DNA of 64,000 bases, taken from positions 2,047,690 to 2,111,689 of the forward strand of contig MU058384.1 of assembly GCA_013265495.1 (NCBI GenBank), written 5' to 3'. The stretch's first letter is position 1. Each line of letters opens with the position of its first letter. The translations under genes and the position numbers were made by a program. This DNA is from Vicugna vicugna. Taxonomy: Eukaryota. Below the pieces are notes generated by a model that made no database searches, was not told where the DNA came from, and was given only the letters and a program-made list of their open reading frames with translations. This document shows, one piece after another, positions 39,801-54,429 of this stretch.

Positions 39801-42800
39801 CTGAGGTTTGCGCCGCATCAGAATTACAGATGATGCTATTGCCATCGTCAGTGTAAATCTCACCGGACAGTAGAAACTGCTCATGTTACACCTCTGAAAC
39901 CTAAGAGCTTGCTGTATTCTGTGCCTGCCCTCAGGAAGCTAAGGATTTAATCATAGCCAGAGAAAGAAAGTTCATGGTTAGGTTTTCTGTTACTACCCAC
40001 AGTTTTAAACCCTGAGAGATAGAAATCTTTTACTTCCCTAATCACATTTCTGTAAATTCCCCCAAGACTTGTTTCTGGAATGAATCCAAATGTAAGCGTC
40101 TCTCACTTGCACCTAACAAATGGCAAAAAAAAGGCATTGTCATAGTTACTAGTTGTCTTGTATCATGATTACTTTGTACAGTGTTTCTTCTTGCGTCCTG
40201 GGGTACTCATTTGACCCTGCGCACCCATCTAGCTGCCTTCCTATTTTTCTTCTTCCTTTTACTGACAAATAGCAAGTAACCCGGATTTCTTCTTCACTGC
40301 CTGTACCCTCCCTACCCTCCTTAAGCACTAGTAACCTAACTTTTCTGTCCCTCCCACCTTACCCCTTAAAAAAAAATTCTTACAATTCATCCTTATCCTA
40401 GTCACCAAATCCAGTAATCTTTTCTTAGATCTTTATTCTGTTTTACCACGTCCCTTGCAATTGACACTGAATTACTTCTTGGTGGATATTCTCTCTTTTT
40501 GTTTGCTGTGATGCTTAATTATTATATGTTCTTATATGTCTTTATATCCCATCTTTCTACTGTGTCCCTTTCTCTTGATTAGGGTCAGCTTTGACTCCTT
40601 TTCTTATATTCAGCCTACAAAGTCCTTCAAATTTTCTTTCTCTGCAAGTCTCAGCTAATCATCCTTTTCTGTCCTTTGCATAAATTCGTTTCTGAGCTCT
40701 GATCACCTTACTGCTAAACTACCACGGTAGCCTCTTCAGTCTTAACTAATTTTCTCTAATTGCTAAAGAACAAATAAGTGAATTTCTAAAAAAATATGTG
40801 ACACTTTTCAGAAATGCTCAGTAAAGATTAGTCTGGCATTTAGAACCCCCACCATCCAGCATGGTCCAGTTTACTACCTCGCTGTCACTGCAGCCCCCAC
40901 CCGACCTGTTGGCCTTCCACCCTACCCCAGCTAGAAATCCCATCTTGTTTTGACTTATCCAGAACCTGCCCTTTCTTTAAGATCCAGATCAGCCCCCCAG
41001 CCCCAGTAAATATTTCCAACCCATGGTAACTGCTCTCTAATTTTCGTAGAAACAAGTATTAATTGTATAGCACCTATTATGAGTCAGGCATTGAGCTATT
41101 TGACATATGTTTAATTTTAAACTTAGAGAACAGGTAGCTGAGAAACCTGGGACTTCAGAGGCTACATGCTCGACACGAGCTGGGATTCAAATCCATTTCC
41201 ATCAGATGACAAAACTTACAGCCTTATATGATAGTTTATCTTTTCAATTATATGTTAAGTTTACAACTAGGTTAGAAGTTCCTCAAGAACAGGGGATGTG
41301 AGTTAGAACTTCATTGCCTCCCAGGGCCCACTATGTACTTGAACATTGTGCGTACTTAAGAGGAGAACATTTTGATGAGGCTGAGGCGTTTCTCTAATGC
41401 TACTAATTATAACAGTCCTCCTCCTTTTTGTGTTAGAGCTTTCTCTGAAATGTGAATACACGAGAGTCTGCAGACATGGCTGCATACTTGAATTAAGGGG
41501 AGGCAGTAGAGCAGCCTTGAAATTTGTTTCCGAGGGTAAGATATGTGAAAGCACATAGTGAGAAAGCTACTCCTTTTCAGTTGTTTTTCAAATCTTGTTA
41601 AGGAGAAAGTTTCAGTTTGGTACTGTAAGTTTTTAATACCTTTCTAACACGGGTAACTCTCTTAATAAAGAACAGGTAGGCCTTGAGATAGCACTGTCTG
41701 CAGAATATGCTTGTGGCTGTTTGGCTGAAATTAAATGACGGTTTTGTTTTCATTGAATTTATTATTGTTTTTTGTTATTTTCTATTTCAAGTGATACTTA
41801 GTTTCCATTTATATAGTGAACAAGTTCCTTTTAAAATAAATTTATCAAGTTTTTTAAAAGTGTCTTGATTTAAGGAAGAAATGTTAACATAATAGCACAA
41901 GTGGCCTGTGGACGTGGCAGAGCTTGTGAAGATGGTATACAGGTATCTGAAGTCTGGGAAACCCTGACATAGTGGAAAAAGCCAGACTTTGGAGTTTCAC
42001 AAGGCTGAGTTCCTATCTTAGCCCTGCCGATTTCTCTCTGTGACCTTGGGCAAGGATTTTCTCTTTGTCTTAATATTTTGATTTATAAAATGAATGTAAC
42101 AATGCCTACCTAACCTTTTTTAGGTTATTTGAGGATTGTCTTAAATAAGTATTAGATACCACTCAAATATTAGCCTTTTCATCATGAATTTTGTTAATTT
42201 GTTGATTTTTTATTTCCTCATTTGGTCAACTAAAAATCTTCAATAGAATTTTTTAAATGCAGTTTAATTCTTAGTATTTCTTAACCCTTAAGCAGGTATT
42301 TCACTGCCCTGGGCTTTTGTTTCTCTGGGCATTGGAGAATATTTGAGAATAATATAGCACTTGTAGAGGATTGTTTTGAGGACTAAACTAATTCATAAAA
42401 TACCTAGACTAGAATAGTGCCTGGTATTTGGAGCAGTGCTACGTAGCTGTTAGCTATTGCTGTTATTGTTTCCTTAGAAAGGATGTCGTTTTTTGGAAGA
42501 TCCTGAGGCTCTTTTTCCCCTTTGTTCTTACCATCGTGAGTTGGAGATGGAAGGTGTTCTGTGATGTTTATGTGTATTCATTAAGCATCTACTGAGTGTA
42601 CAGCGTCTTGGTACTAGGATCATTGTAAAGCAGCAAGGGAGAATAAGGACGTCTTCAGCAAAAGTGCTGTGAGCCACCCACGCCTACAATTACTGCAGCA
42701 TGCAGTTAAAGAAACATAAAGGAAGACTGATAAACCCAGAGGACTGAGGGATCTGATGTTGAATCGTTATGAACTTGTATATGTTACAGCATTTTCTAAT

Positions 42801-42825
42801 TGAGTAAAATGTCATGGAACAATTT

Positions 42826-42885
42826 GTGTGTGTGTATATATATATATGTGTGTGTATATAGATATATTTATATATATGTATATAA
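42826..42885. repeat. Compound (TG)n/(TA)n microsatellite
   Basis: gtgtgtgtgtatatatatatatgtgtgtgtatatagatatatttatatatatgtatata seen directly. Confidence 0.85.
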
Positions 42886-45800
42886 TTTATCAGCATTTCT
42901 TTAAGGCAGTCCCTTGGGCTCATATTAGTTGAATGGTTTTATTTACTACTATTTTTGTTCTTCAGTTTTATCTATTTTTGTAAGATACAACTGGTTTCAG
43001 GACAAGTAGTGTTTGTTTTTTATTCTGTGGTTTATGTTCTTAAAATGTTGGTCATAAAACAAATGTAGTAAACCAAGTCATTTTTCTGTTTTTCTTGAGT
43101 AATTAAATTGGTACTCTTTCTATAGAGGGGAAAATTGACTCTACAATATAATAAACTAGAGTACAGAAAGTTTTTCATTATCAAATATTTAACACAAAAT
43201 TATGATAAAACACTCATTTACCAAATAAAAATACTGATGCTTGAATTTCACATCAGATGTTCCTTTGGAGCTAGATTTATAGGATAAGGTTTAGTAATAA
43301 ATGACTTAATTATTCCTACTTAAATTCCCAACACAATGAATTTAACTTTGTGTGTTTTTGCTCAGCATAGCAATTTGTACTTAAATATGTGTCATTTTTT
43401 TAAAGGAAGTATGTAGCTAATCTATGTCTGGCACTTTGGCAGAAATAGGTTTTTGAAAATTAGATGTTTTCAGAGGGTAGTTCATGTAATTACAGACTTG
43501 ATACAAAATTTTCATTCAGAGAAATAATGTTTATACTAGAAGGGATCTTAGAGGTAGAAGCCAACCCTTTCTTTTCACTCAGGATATGTAATGTAACTGA
43601 GATGTGTTATGTAACTTACCTATATTCAGATAGCAAGCAATTATCAAAACTTGATTCTGTGGCCTACCCACCAAAGCTAAGAACTCTTGTTTTATGATAT
43701 AACATAGTAGAAGTTCGGTGAAATACAATTTACCGCTAGGAAAATATAATCCTTTATAAAATAATGTGGGGTTAAGAGCATGGGTTTCAATTCAAATTCT
43801 GTTACTTGCTGTGTGTCCTTGAACAGGCTCACCAGTGTATCAGTTTTCTCATTTGGAAAAAAGTACCTACCTCATAAGGTTGTTAGGGTGATTATATTAG
43901 TTAATATGTTACTGAGCTTGGACTAGTACCTGACACATTGCATATACACCATTGCTGTTAGCTAGTATCATAGCCGTCATCATTATTGTCATCATCCTCT
44001 CCCTGTAATAACCTGCAGTTGCCCACAGCACAGGTTAGAACATTATACCAAGTGTGGAATAAATGGGTTTCACTTCATCACAAGTAACAGGAATCTTCCA
44101 GGCCCATGTTTTATTGACACCTGGCCAGTAGTAAAGAATATGTTCAGGAGACGATATCACAGGTCCTTAACCATGTTCTCTCTGACTCTACTCACTGAGG
44201 GCAGACACCTCAGAATTCTACTCTAAGAATAAAAACGTTTATGAAAAATCATAGGCTTCTTAGTCCTGCCAGTAGAGGAGCAACAGTGGTAACCATAGTG
44301 CGGTAGGAAAGAACACGCCCTGGAGCCTCTACTTCCTTTGACCACGGTGGGTTACTCCACCTCTGTGCTTTAGTTTTCTCATCTGTAAAATAGTGATAAA
44401 AGCCTCTGTCTTTCAGGGATAAAAGTTTGTTATGAAGACTAAACGAGCTAATTAATAAAGTGCTGACTTAGTATGATGCCTGGCCCACAGTGTTTAAATG
44501 TTTAACTTTTGTTATTTGTTAAAAATTTCTGATAAACTAGAGTTGCTGTGGCTCTAGAATAGTCAGTTAGGCCTCCATGTAGGAAAAATAAAGGGGTTCA
44601 ATGACTAGTTCCTGAAAAGTACTACTTAGTTAAGGTTAGTATTTAATATGGCATATTGTAAGGGAATGGGTTTTAAGTGTTGGCTTTTCCTGTCACCTCT
44701 GCATCTTATTGGTTAAATGGGATCATTTATCTTTAAAGGTGCTTTAGAAGAGTATTTACAAGTCTGGGTTAGCTTGATGCTATCCTGGCTTCTGCCTCTT
44801 CTCCAGGCATAATTATAAATGGTGCCCCCTCACTCTTGCAAATGTCTCAGGTTGAATGTAAGCTTTATGGTCACCCTAAATATAGTTTATTGCCCAGATT
44901 TATTTTACTAGATTATCTCCGTGCCTCAGTAATATTTCTAAAGGCATGTACTACTATTTTAAGCTTTAGTTTTAGATGGTTGTGGGATTTTTCAAATCAT
45001 TTTTGCATTTTAATTTTTTATCATTTCTTTAGTCTATTTCAATTTTTAAGTGTTTTTTGTTGTTAATGTAATATAAAAATTATTTTAATTGGTATGTGAA
45101 GATTTCAACTACCAATAAACTTTATAAGCAGTCATAATTTTTCATATCAGAGTCCTTACAGTTGAGGCTGTCAGAAGTGTTTATTTGTTTAGATAACTTG
45201 TGACTGTGACACTGATTATGAGCAGTGAAATATTTATTGGTCTGTATTCACCACTCTTAACCGTAGTGGACTGTCAAAGGGAGTTTATATTGCCCAAAGC
45301 AAGTGAACTTTATAGGGAATTAGAAATCTGATACTGCGAAAATGAGTATCTTTAAGTACATATACCATTTAGAAATTCAAGTCAAGAACTCCATAAACTT
45401 TTAAAATCTACCTGTGTCCTTTTTTATGTTAATTATTTAACTCAGTACATTTTTTGTGGTACCTTATTTAGCATGTAGGATAAAATCTGCCTTCCAAATA
45501 TTAAGAAGCTTCTGGGTCCTGTCGCAGCAATCTGTATTATTATAGTCTGTCTTTAATGAATTGCTGTGATACTATTAGTAAGGGAAAAGATCATGTGTAA
45601 TGAATTTGAACTTTTTCTCTTTTACTGGAGACATTTGTAGTTTTTCTTTATATTGAAGAATATACCTTTTGCAAACACTTGTAGTGTAGAAAGGAGATTA
45701 TCTTATTCATTACTTACCTGATATTTCAGTCCCTGATATATAGTAAGGGCTCAAGAAAAGTCCGATGTTGCTGTTTAGCTAAAGTATTTATGCCAATTTT

Positions 45801-47319
45801 TATACATTTCTTATTTTTGAGGTGGTCTGTAAAATAATGTGTGCCATTTGTCTACAATGTATAGACAGTTTTAAAATTTTATCTAAAGACATACTGTTGG
45901 GGAAAGACTCGGAGAATTCATCCTTAACTGAGATAAGAAAGTGGTTGAAATGTAAAATGAAAGTTATGCGTGAGAGTATGGGTGAAAGGAAGAAAAGAAT
46001 CACGAGAATGCCTGTTCATTTACATAAGTGTTAAGATAAAATCATAGCAGGAGAAGGCAAAGATGCCATGTGGTCTTGAACTGCAAACTTGAAATCAAAG
46101 ATCATTTGAATTGTATAAGCAAAGCAAAAAACATTAAAGGATTTGGATAAGAAAGTAATATAGTGAAAGTGAAATTAGATACTTGCCCCAGTACAACAGC
46201 TAAGTATCTTGAAAGGGTTAGTAAGATTGCATTTCACTTTAGACCTGAGTTTAGTAGAGAATTAATGGTGGAGTTGGTCACAAAGTGATAGCTAGAGTCA
46301 TTTAGGAATGCAAACATTCTTCATGAGTGCAGTAATGGATGAGTTACCCACTTATTTGTTTGACTGTTAAGTATTTAAATTGTTTTTGTAACAAAGGAAA
46401 ATACTAGAGATTAATGTGTCCACATACCTTGTAAACAAGTTAAACATACTTCGTTGACAGCAGTATTTGAAAGGAGATTAAGTCATGTTGGAATGATTGG
46501 GCTTTGATGTATGCCCCTGTCTCCTTTGCCATTAACTTTTTTTTTTCCTTCATCTTTTCTACTTGCCACAATGTACTGCAGCAAAGATGATATACAAGAA
46601 GAGTGTGCATGCATCATATGTAATCCACACTACGTTGAACAAAGCAAACTGTGTTCATTATTAGAAAATACTTTATTTTTAAAGAACTGGTAAAAATGAT
46701 CTTTCCGAGTAAGAAAGATTTAATTCAAATGAAGACCTAAGAGAGTGACTTTGGTAAATCAGGAGGATATGGGCACCATGGGGGAGCAATTCCCTTCAGC
46801 ACTAAGTGCCTGCCATGGCAAAATACAGTGCTAGATCTTGGAGTGGGTTCCAGGATGACTAAGTCATAGTCTCTGCCCTCAAGGAACTTAGTGGAGGAGG
46901 TATCAGGAGTGTGTGGTGTGGTTAACATAATTCACAGATAACTCAAGTACTCAAATGGTAGAAGCTGGAGTACTAACACAGAGAAAGAAAAAGTCATTTG
47001 CTTATGGAGTAGAAAGGATAGAAAATGTTACAAGAAGGAAAAGGCTCTTGTGGGTTGTGAAGGAAGGGTAAAATTTTAATAGGCAGGTAGATTAAAGAAG
47101 GATCTAGTCAGAGAGAAAAGCACAGCTATGGAGATCAGAGAGCCCAGTCTAGATTGACCGAAGCAAGACTAGGAAGGAAGTTTGGGGCTATTTTATGGAG
47201 AGTCTTGAATGATAAACTTACTAGTTTGTTCTTTAAATATAATAAACATTATTTGGAGCTTCATTTTAGGATTTTTAATCTGGTAGTCTGTGTATAGGGG
47301 TGGAAAGTTGATTGAAAAA

Positions 47320-47620
47320 TACTTCATTCATTCATCCAGCCAACAAAAGTATATTGATACTGTGCATCAGGAATTGTTCTAAATCTGGGAATATAGGAGA
47401 TTTTTCCTGTTTTTTGGAGTCTCATTCTTTTGGGAGATGTTGGCAATACACAGGTAAACAGTAGGATACTCAAGGAGTCCTCTGAGATTGCACTTGAGCT
47501 GAGACCTGAATGATGGAAGAGGCTAGCCAAACAAAGATCTGAGGGGAAAACATACTAAGGATACAGCAAATGCAAAGTCCTTGAAGTAGGAGCAGTCTTG
47601 ACTCATTGAAGGAAAGGAGG
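47320..47620 (-). mobile_element. L2 3'-end fragment
   Basis: ttcattcattcatcc..caacaaaagtatattga..tactgtgcatcagg..cttgagctgagacctgaatgatg..agcaaatgcaaagtccttga. Confidence 0.75.
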
Positions 47621-48472
47621 AAGAAGTGTTTTAAAATTCTTGTATTAGTTATACTGTGGGTATGTGTATGTAAAAACTGGACCTGACACACCAGTGTAGG
47701 ATGAGGTAATGCATTTTCTTTGAATTAATTTCCCTTGATTACTCTTCAGTTGTCTCAGTGCCTTGAATCACTTGCCAGATAACAAGATCTTACATAAAGC
47801 CGTTATAAAATGATTCATTAATAGCCTGAGAATTATTTGGGGCAGTGGGAGCATTCAGACTCTAGAGGGCTGAAACACTCTAAGACCATTATATAAATAG
47901 GACAGGTTAATATATAATAATGCCTGTATGTATGATTATCTTTCATGGAACTTGGTCTCATCTTTTTCCACCCTGCTTGCTAGAGGACCTGAAGTAACAT
48001 TATTGTAGTGTCTGCCATTTATTTTATGCCATTTTTCTAGTAGTAACCATAGAATACACTCTGAGACAGAATGTATGGACAGGTGGTCCAAGTGTTTTAG
48101 TTGATCTGCTTATTTAAAAAAAAGATCTGAGTTCACATTAGCATTCAAAAATGAGAGCATATTATAGAATGTTCCAGATTTCCAGCTTGAGAAAAATCTG
48201 AAGATGGCAACATTGGGCAGGTGTTTTATAGCAGTTAGGCAGAGTTGAATAGCAGCTGCTCCCATCGCATCTGCTCACCTTGGCTCACTACTTCCCCCTG
48301 GCCTCCACCCTGCCACCCCCACCCAGATCTGGCCAGTTCACTAATTTATGGTTCTTGCTTGTACCTGTAAATATTGTGTTTTCAGTGGCTGCCCTAGGGC
48401 AGGGAGTATATAGCATTGGCATCAAAGCAAAAGAGCCTCCTGTCACTGCCATATACAGAGTGTGCTCTGTAA

Positions 48473-49792
48473 TAGCATTTCTCAAAGTTTGGTCTGCAGA
48501 CCTCTGGTCTGTGAAGTCAAAAACATTTTTCATAATAGTAAGATGTTATCCACCCCCCATTTTGTTTTGTTTGCTGTGTTGACGTTTGCATTGATAATGC
48601 AAAAGACGTAGTGGATAAAACTGGCTCCTTAGCACAAATCAATGCAGTATGGCCGAACTGTAATAATACTGTATTCTTCACTGCCTTGCAGGAAACACCA
48701 GTTTCACTTAAGAATGTTCTTTGTGTAGTCAGAAAGTTAATTTTATTAAATTTTCATCCTTGAGTGTCTTTTTAGTATTTTGTGTGATGAAGTGGGAAGC
48801 GTGCATAAAACTCATTTGCTGCATACTGAAGAACTGTCTTGAGGAAAAGTTCTTATTGCTTGAGTTGTGAGCTATACTCAGCTTTTTTTCCCATGAAACA
48901 CCATTTTTCTTGAAGGATCAGCTTACTTGGGTATTAGGCAGAAGTTTTCTTGAAAATAAAGAAAGTTGCCTGTCTATTAAAGGAAAACAACTAATGCTAT
49001 TTGTTACTAATGATAAATGGTATAAAATTCAAACTTCCTGGCAGAAATTAGGATCTTGGAAAACCTATCTGCAACCATATGCTCCACTGCTTCCCAATAT
49101 TTAATGACTTTTCTGATGAGACCAGTGGTGGTATTAACAAATACAATTTTAAAAATATTTTGTAAATGAAATGTGTCAGCATTTGGAAGATCTGCATAAC
49201 TCAGTGAACCAGTAGTTTACGTATGACCAATGTGTGATGCAGTGCACTAGATACACCGATGGATTTCAATGTAAGAATATGCTAAAAAGTTTATTAATGT
49301 GGCTTTGGGCTTTCTATTTCAGTTAACCCTTAAGCAACTACCACTTTCTGAGTTTTGGTGTGGTATCAAAAAAAATCAGATTTATCTAAAAAGGCTATTT
49401 AAATTGTCCTCTGTTTCCCAGCACACTTCTGCATGAAGTGGGAATGTGCTTTTATACTTTAAACAAAGCAACATATTGCAATGAATGAAATACAAAAGCA
49501 GGTATTCATCTTCTAAGCTGGACATAAAGGAAATTTATATAAAACAATGTACTCCTCTCAATTTTTTTAATTTTGAAAAATACAGTGATAAAATTTATGT
49601 TACATGTGATAGGATTATTCTTATTTTTAAATGAATTCATAGATACGTATTTTTTTAATTTCCCAGTTTAAGTTCTATTATGGTAAATATCAACAAATAT
49701 AACCCACAAAAACAAAAACTTTGAGGGAGTCCTGAGTAATTTTTTTAAGCATGTTTAAGGGATCTTGATACCAGAGAGTTTGAGAATCACTG
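48473..49792. mobile_element. Charlie1-like hAT DNA transposon (~1.3 kb internal-deletion derivative)
   Basis: Termini tagcatttctcaaagtttggtc and gagtttgagaatcactg are degenerate TIRs. Flanks ctctgtaa / ctctggga (6/8 identical) resemble an 8-bp hAT TSD. Internal motifs (ttgctgcatactgaag, atttggaagatctgcataactcagtgaacc) fit Charlie1. Confidence 0.8.
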
Positions 49793-51544
49793 CTCTGGGA
49801 TCTTACAGCATTGATCCCCAAAGTGTGTTTTACAGAGCACCTGATCTAAGGACCACTAGCTCTGAAGCAAGTTAATAGTTACTAAACCAAAAAGAGGTTT
49901 GTTTCTGGACTGTAGGATTTTTTTAGTGCCTCTTATGGGCTCAAAATGCATCGTAAGTCTCCAAGGGGGCTGTGTTAGACCAGTTTAGTGAAGTACAGAG
50001 CCTGTCACTTGACTGGTACTCTTTGGAATACATTTTGGAACTAGTGTCCCATAAACATGCCACTGGTAAGAGTTCTCTTGGCTATGCCTTGGAGGCACCT
50101 TGGAACAGAGAGGCTTTGGACTCAGACTAATCTGGCCTTGAATCCTGGCTCTGCCACTTATTAGCCTCAGTTTCCTTTCTTGTGAACTGGGAATAATGGT
50201 AGCCAACATTAAAGCATTGTTTTGAGCATTGAGTGGAATAAGAAGTAAACAGCCTTCCTAGTAATCCTACTCAGTGTAATTGTTCTCTACTTTCTTGTGA
50301 TTTCTCTAGTAAATGTGAGTCTCCATTACAAGTGTTCCCATGTTGGTAAAGCTAATGAGTCACAGAGAGGTGTGGGGACTAGTCTAACAAGTTAGTGGAA
50401 CAATGAAAGTCTGACTGACTTGGTAGCCAGCGTGGTGCATATAGGTAGACTAAACTGGGCGTTTAAGACAGCAAAAACAGTCAGGTGTTGCACTGACCCA
50501 GGCCCTCTTAAACTAAAGAGTGTTTATAAAAATGAAAACAATGGAATCATTTTTCTCATTTTTAACCTGATAATGACTATAAAGGGAGGATCTTACTTTT
50601 TGTTACATTTTATTATATTAAACATTCATTAAAATTTCACTTTGGAAAGAATTTTGACTGTATTCTCAATGATTATTTGATTTTCAGTATAATATATAGT
50701 CCTAATATATTCTACTTTTTTTTTTTTTTAGTTTTTCTGTGTTATAATTCAGCTCATGGATTGAAGCTGAAATCCTCAAATAAGAAATAATTTCCATACA
50801 CTTTTATTGTTGTTAGCATTCCCCGCACCTGATGTTCTGAACATAGGATTAAAGAGTCTTCCTTATGCATTTAAACTACTTTGTCATTGTGTACTAGGCA
50901 CTTTGGACTATAAGACATGCTTTAGGACTTATTGAATGTACTTCCCCTGAGGTACCTGATATTATCCTAGGAAAAGGACAGTGAACAGCATGTCTTGGTA
51001 GGAGAATAAAAGCATAGCTTTGAATTATAACTCTGCCCCTTTATGGGCCCTCTGGCCTTAAGTACTTGGCCAGTCTGATTCTCTTTCTTCCTCTGTAAGA
51101 TGATAATAGTACCAATTCTACTCCATTATTTTTAAGATTAGGTGGGAACACCTTGAGTATTTAGCACTGTTCTTTGCATTGTATGTACTCAGTAAATGTT
51201 AACTTCCCTCCCCTATGACCACCTCCTCCATATTTGTATGTTGGAAGTGAAAAATGTTGCTTGTGTCCTTTGCTCATTGGAAAGCTCTTTGAGTTATTAT
51301 TAAAGAACTATTCTTATTTTCTACAGAATTAGAAGGTTGATTCAATTTTAAGCCATGGCATACAAGGTTAGAAGGGCAGAACCACAAAGACTGCTGATAG
51401 AACAAAAATAACTTGGCAACAAGGAAAAAGTCACAAATCATTAAAAAGAACAGAACAAAACAAACACTATATATAGTGTTGCTCTATTAGGTGAAAGAAA
51501 AACATTCCACTTTTTCTTAAGGGCCCTGAATACATATGCTATCT

Positions 51545-53010
51545 TCCAGGAGTTTTATAATCTTGTGTTTTACATTTAGATCTGTGATCCATTTTGAGTT
51601 AATTTTTGTAAAGGGCCTAGGTGTACTTTTTTTTGGCACTTACCTTGCTTTGTGTCCCCGTAGCTTCCTGGATCAGTGGTTCAGGTTCTGGCATTAATTT
51701 GGAGGAAATTTTCAGTCGTTATCATTTCAAGTATTTCTTTTGTTCTTTCTCTCTTTATACTCCTCCCTGTCTTCTTATTACATTATTTCATACCTTTTGT
51801 AGTTGTCCCACAGTTTTTGAATAGTCTATCCTGTTTTTTTTTTGTCTTTGCTTTTAAGTTTTAGAGATCCTACTGATACAGCCTCAAGCTTGAAGATTCT
51901 TCCCTTGGCCGTGTCTAGTCTACTAATAAGCCCATCAAAGTCATTTTTTTGTTTCTTTTGTAGTGTTTTTAATAGCTAGCATTTTTTTGCTTTTGGTTTT
52001 GGTTTTTTTTTTTTTAATTTTCTTAGGATTTCTGTCTCTCTGCTTATATTGCCCATCTGTTCTTGCATGCTGTCTACTTTATCCATTAGAGCCTTTCACG
52101 TATTAATCATAGTTGTTTTAAATTCCTGGCCTGGTAGTTCCAACATCCCTGCCATATCTGAGACTGGTTTTAATGCTTGCTTTGTTTCTTCAAAGTGGGT
52201 TTTTTTTGCCTTTTATTATGTCTTGTAATTTTTTTTTCTTTATATCCTGACATGATGTACTGGGTTAATGAACTACTATAAATACACCTTTAGTGATGTG
52301 GTGATAAGGTATGGGGGAGGTGAAGCATTCTGTAGCCTTATAATTATGTCTCAGTCTTTTAGTGAACCTGTGCCTCTGGACTGTGAACTTCACGATTGCT
52401 TCTCAGTCTCACCTGTATCCTCTCTGCCCTCCTTAGGTGGGACAGAATGGGTTGAATGGGCATTTCCCTTCTCCCAGGTCAATTAGGCTCTGATAAAACC
52501 TGGGCAGGTTAGACTTTGGTTAAATAGTTTCTCCTGAGGACAGGCCTTGTTAAGAACAGAATGCTCTGGTTGATTTCCACATGGTTCCTTTTCCCCTCCC
52601 ACTGCCAGAAGCCCAGAGAGATTTTTCCCCCATATTCTCTGTGAGAACCTGGTAGAGGTTCCTCCTACGGGTAAATTTCACAGTGTTGTGGGACCCCCTC
52701 TATGACTAGGACCCCCTGTAGTTTTTGTCTCTCAGAGCCTACAGCAGTTCATCGCTTTACAGTTCAGTCTTCCCTTCCCTGGTACTGGTTTTGAGGAAGT
52801 TGATGCTGATGAATTTCTCTTCCTGCAGGTTGTGATTCTCTGTATTTGCTTTCTGTGGGTCTCCAATTTGAGGGTTAGTGGTTTGCTCTATGACCTTCGT
52901 TCTCTTACAGATCTAAGAAGAGTTCTTGATTTTTCAGTTTATTCAGCTTTTTGCTTGTCTGGATGGAATGTTGATTTCCAAGCTTCTTACATGCTAGATT
53001 AGAAACCAGA
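51545..53010 (-). mobile_element. Old LINE-1 fragments including the 5'/ORF1 region (L1M4-like)
   Basis: acatttagatctgtgatccattttgagttaattttt (ORF2 antisense), followed by ccgtgtctagtctactaataagcccatcaaag, gtgaacctgtgcctctggactgtgaactt and agatctaagaagagtt.ttgatttttcagttt, typical of antisense L1M 5' ends. Confidence 0.7.
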
Positions 53011-54429
53011 GCCATGCCTTTTTCCCTTCACCTTCTTATCCTTCTTTTCTCGACTTGTTAGTATACTTTAACATATTTAATATTGATAACATTTGCACCT
53101 TGTTCTATAACCGTAATTTTTAATTGCTTAATGTTTTGATTTTAGATTGAATCTAAAAGTTGAAAATAAAACAGTATTTACATTATGATGATATAAATAT
53201 TTTTACTGCAGATCCAGGCATTGTACTGTGATTACATTCTTATACTTTCTCAACTGCCTTTCTTTTTTTTTTCTTGCACTGTTTGCCTTCATATCCATTC
53301 CTTCCCTTTTATTTTTTCCAAAATTTTCCTCCTAGAGCCTTTTAACTCTGTCTGGACTAGTTGCTCTCAGCCAGCTGCATAGCTATCGTCGTGCAACTTA
53401 ATTTCTCCATCTTCTTGGTGGGTGTCTACTTTTTCCTGGGTAGCATCCTCGTTTTCCAAATTTTGCTCAGTAACACCCTCATTTTCCCAAGAAACAGTTC
53501 ATAGGAGATAAACTTAAAAATTTCTGCATCTATGAAAGTGTCCTTTTTTATCATCTGGTGCTAGTTTGGATACAGAATTGTAGGTTGTGAATAATTTTTT
53601 CTTGAAACTTTGAGGATGTTGCTTTATTGTTTTCTGATATTCAGTGTTACCAATTAGAGGTCTGATTCCAGTCCAGTTAATAATTTTTTCTTAAGTTATC
53701 AATACCTCACTCCCTTATCCCTCTCCCCATGTCTATTCTGGGTGCTCTTGGATCTTTGTTTTATACTAGTGTACTGAAGGTCCACAATAATGTGTTTAGG
53801 AATTCTTTAACACATGTGTTGAGCGCTCAGTAGACTTTCTCAATCTGAAAACTTCTGTTCTTTAGCTTTAGGGTAAATCTTTTGTTCTTTCATTACTATT
53901 CTTCTCTTTGCATTGTTTGTAAACTTCATTTTAATAAGAATTTGGCCCATCTAGATGAATCAATCTTCTTTGTTTCTTTTCTCTTGTGTTTTTAAATTCA
54001 TCTTTCTCCTTCCTACTTCTGGAGAAATTTTTTTTAATCTTCTAGTATTTTTACTAACTTTGTATGCTGTTGACTCTTGAACAACATGGGTTTGAACTGT
54101 GTATGTGTTTGTATATATGTAGAAAAAAGTGGAAGAAAGCAAGAAAAGAATTGCAACTTCTGATGGGGACTGTAGGAACTTCTAATTCTATATCCCAAAT
54201 ACTATTTTATTTATTTTACCATGAGCATATAAATTTTATAATGTTGAGGAAATAAAGCTTAATAGTTTCAGTAGCTATCAGTAGCGTACCAGCAAACAGT
54301 TGCTGGCCCTGGGTCTCCTAGGTGAGTTAGAATCTAGTGGAAGGGGTCTGGGAATCTGTATCCTAACAAGGCTTTAAGTGTTTCTCACCATCAGGCAACT
54401 GTGTGAGCTTGCACAGAAATACACATAAT

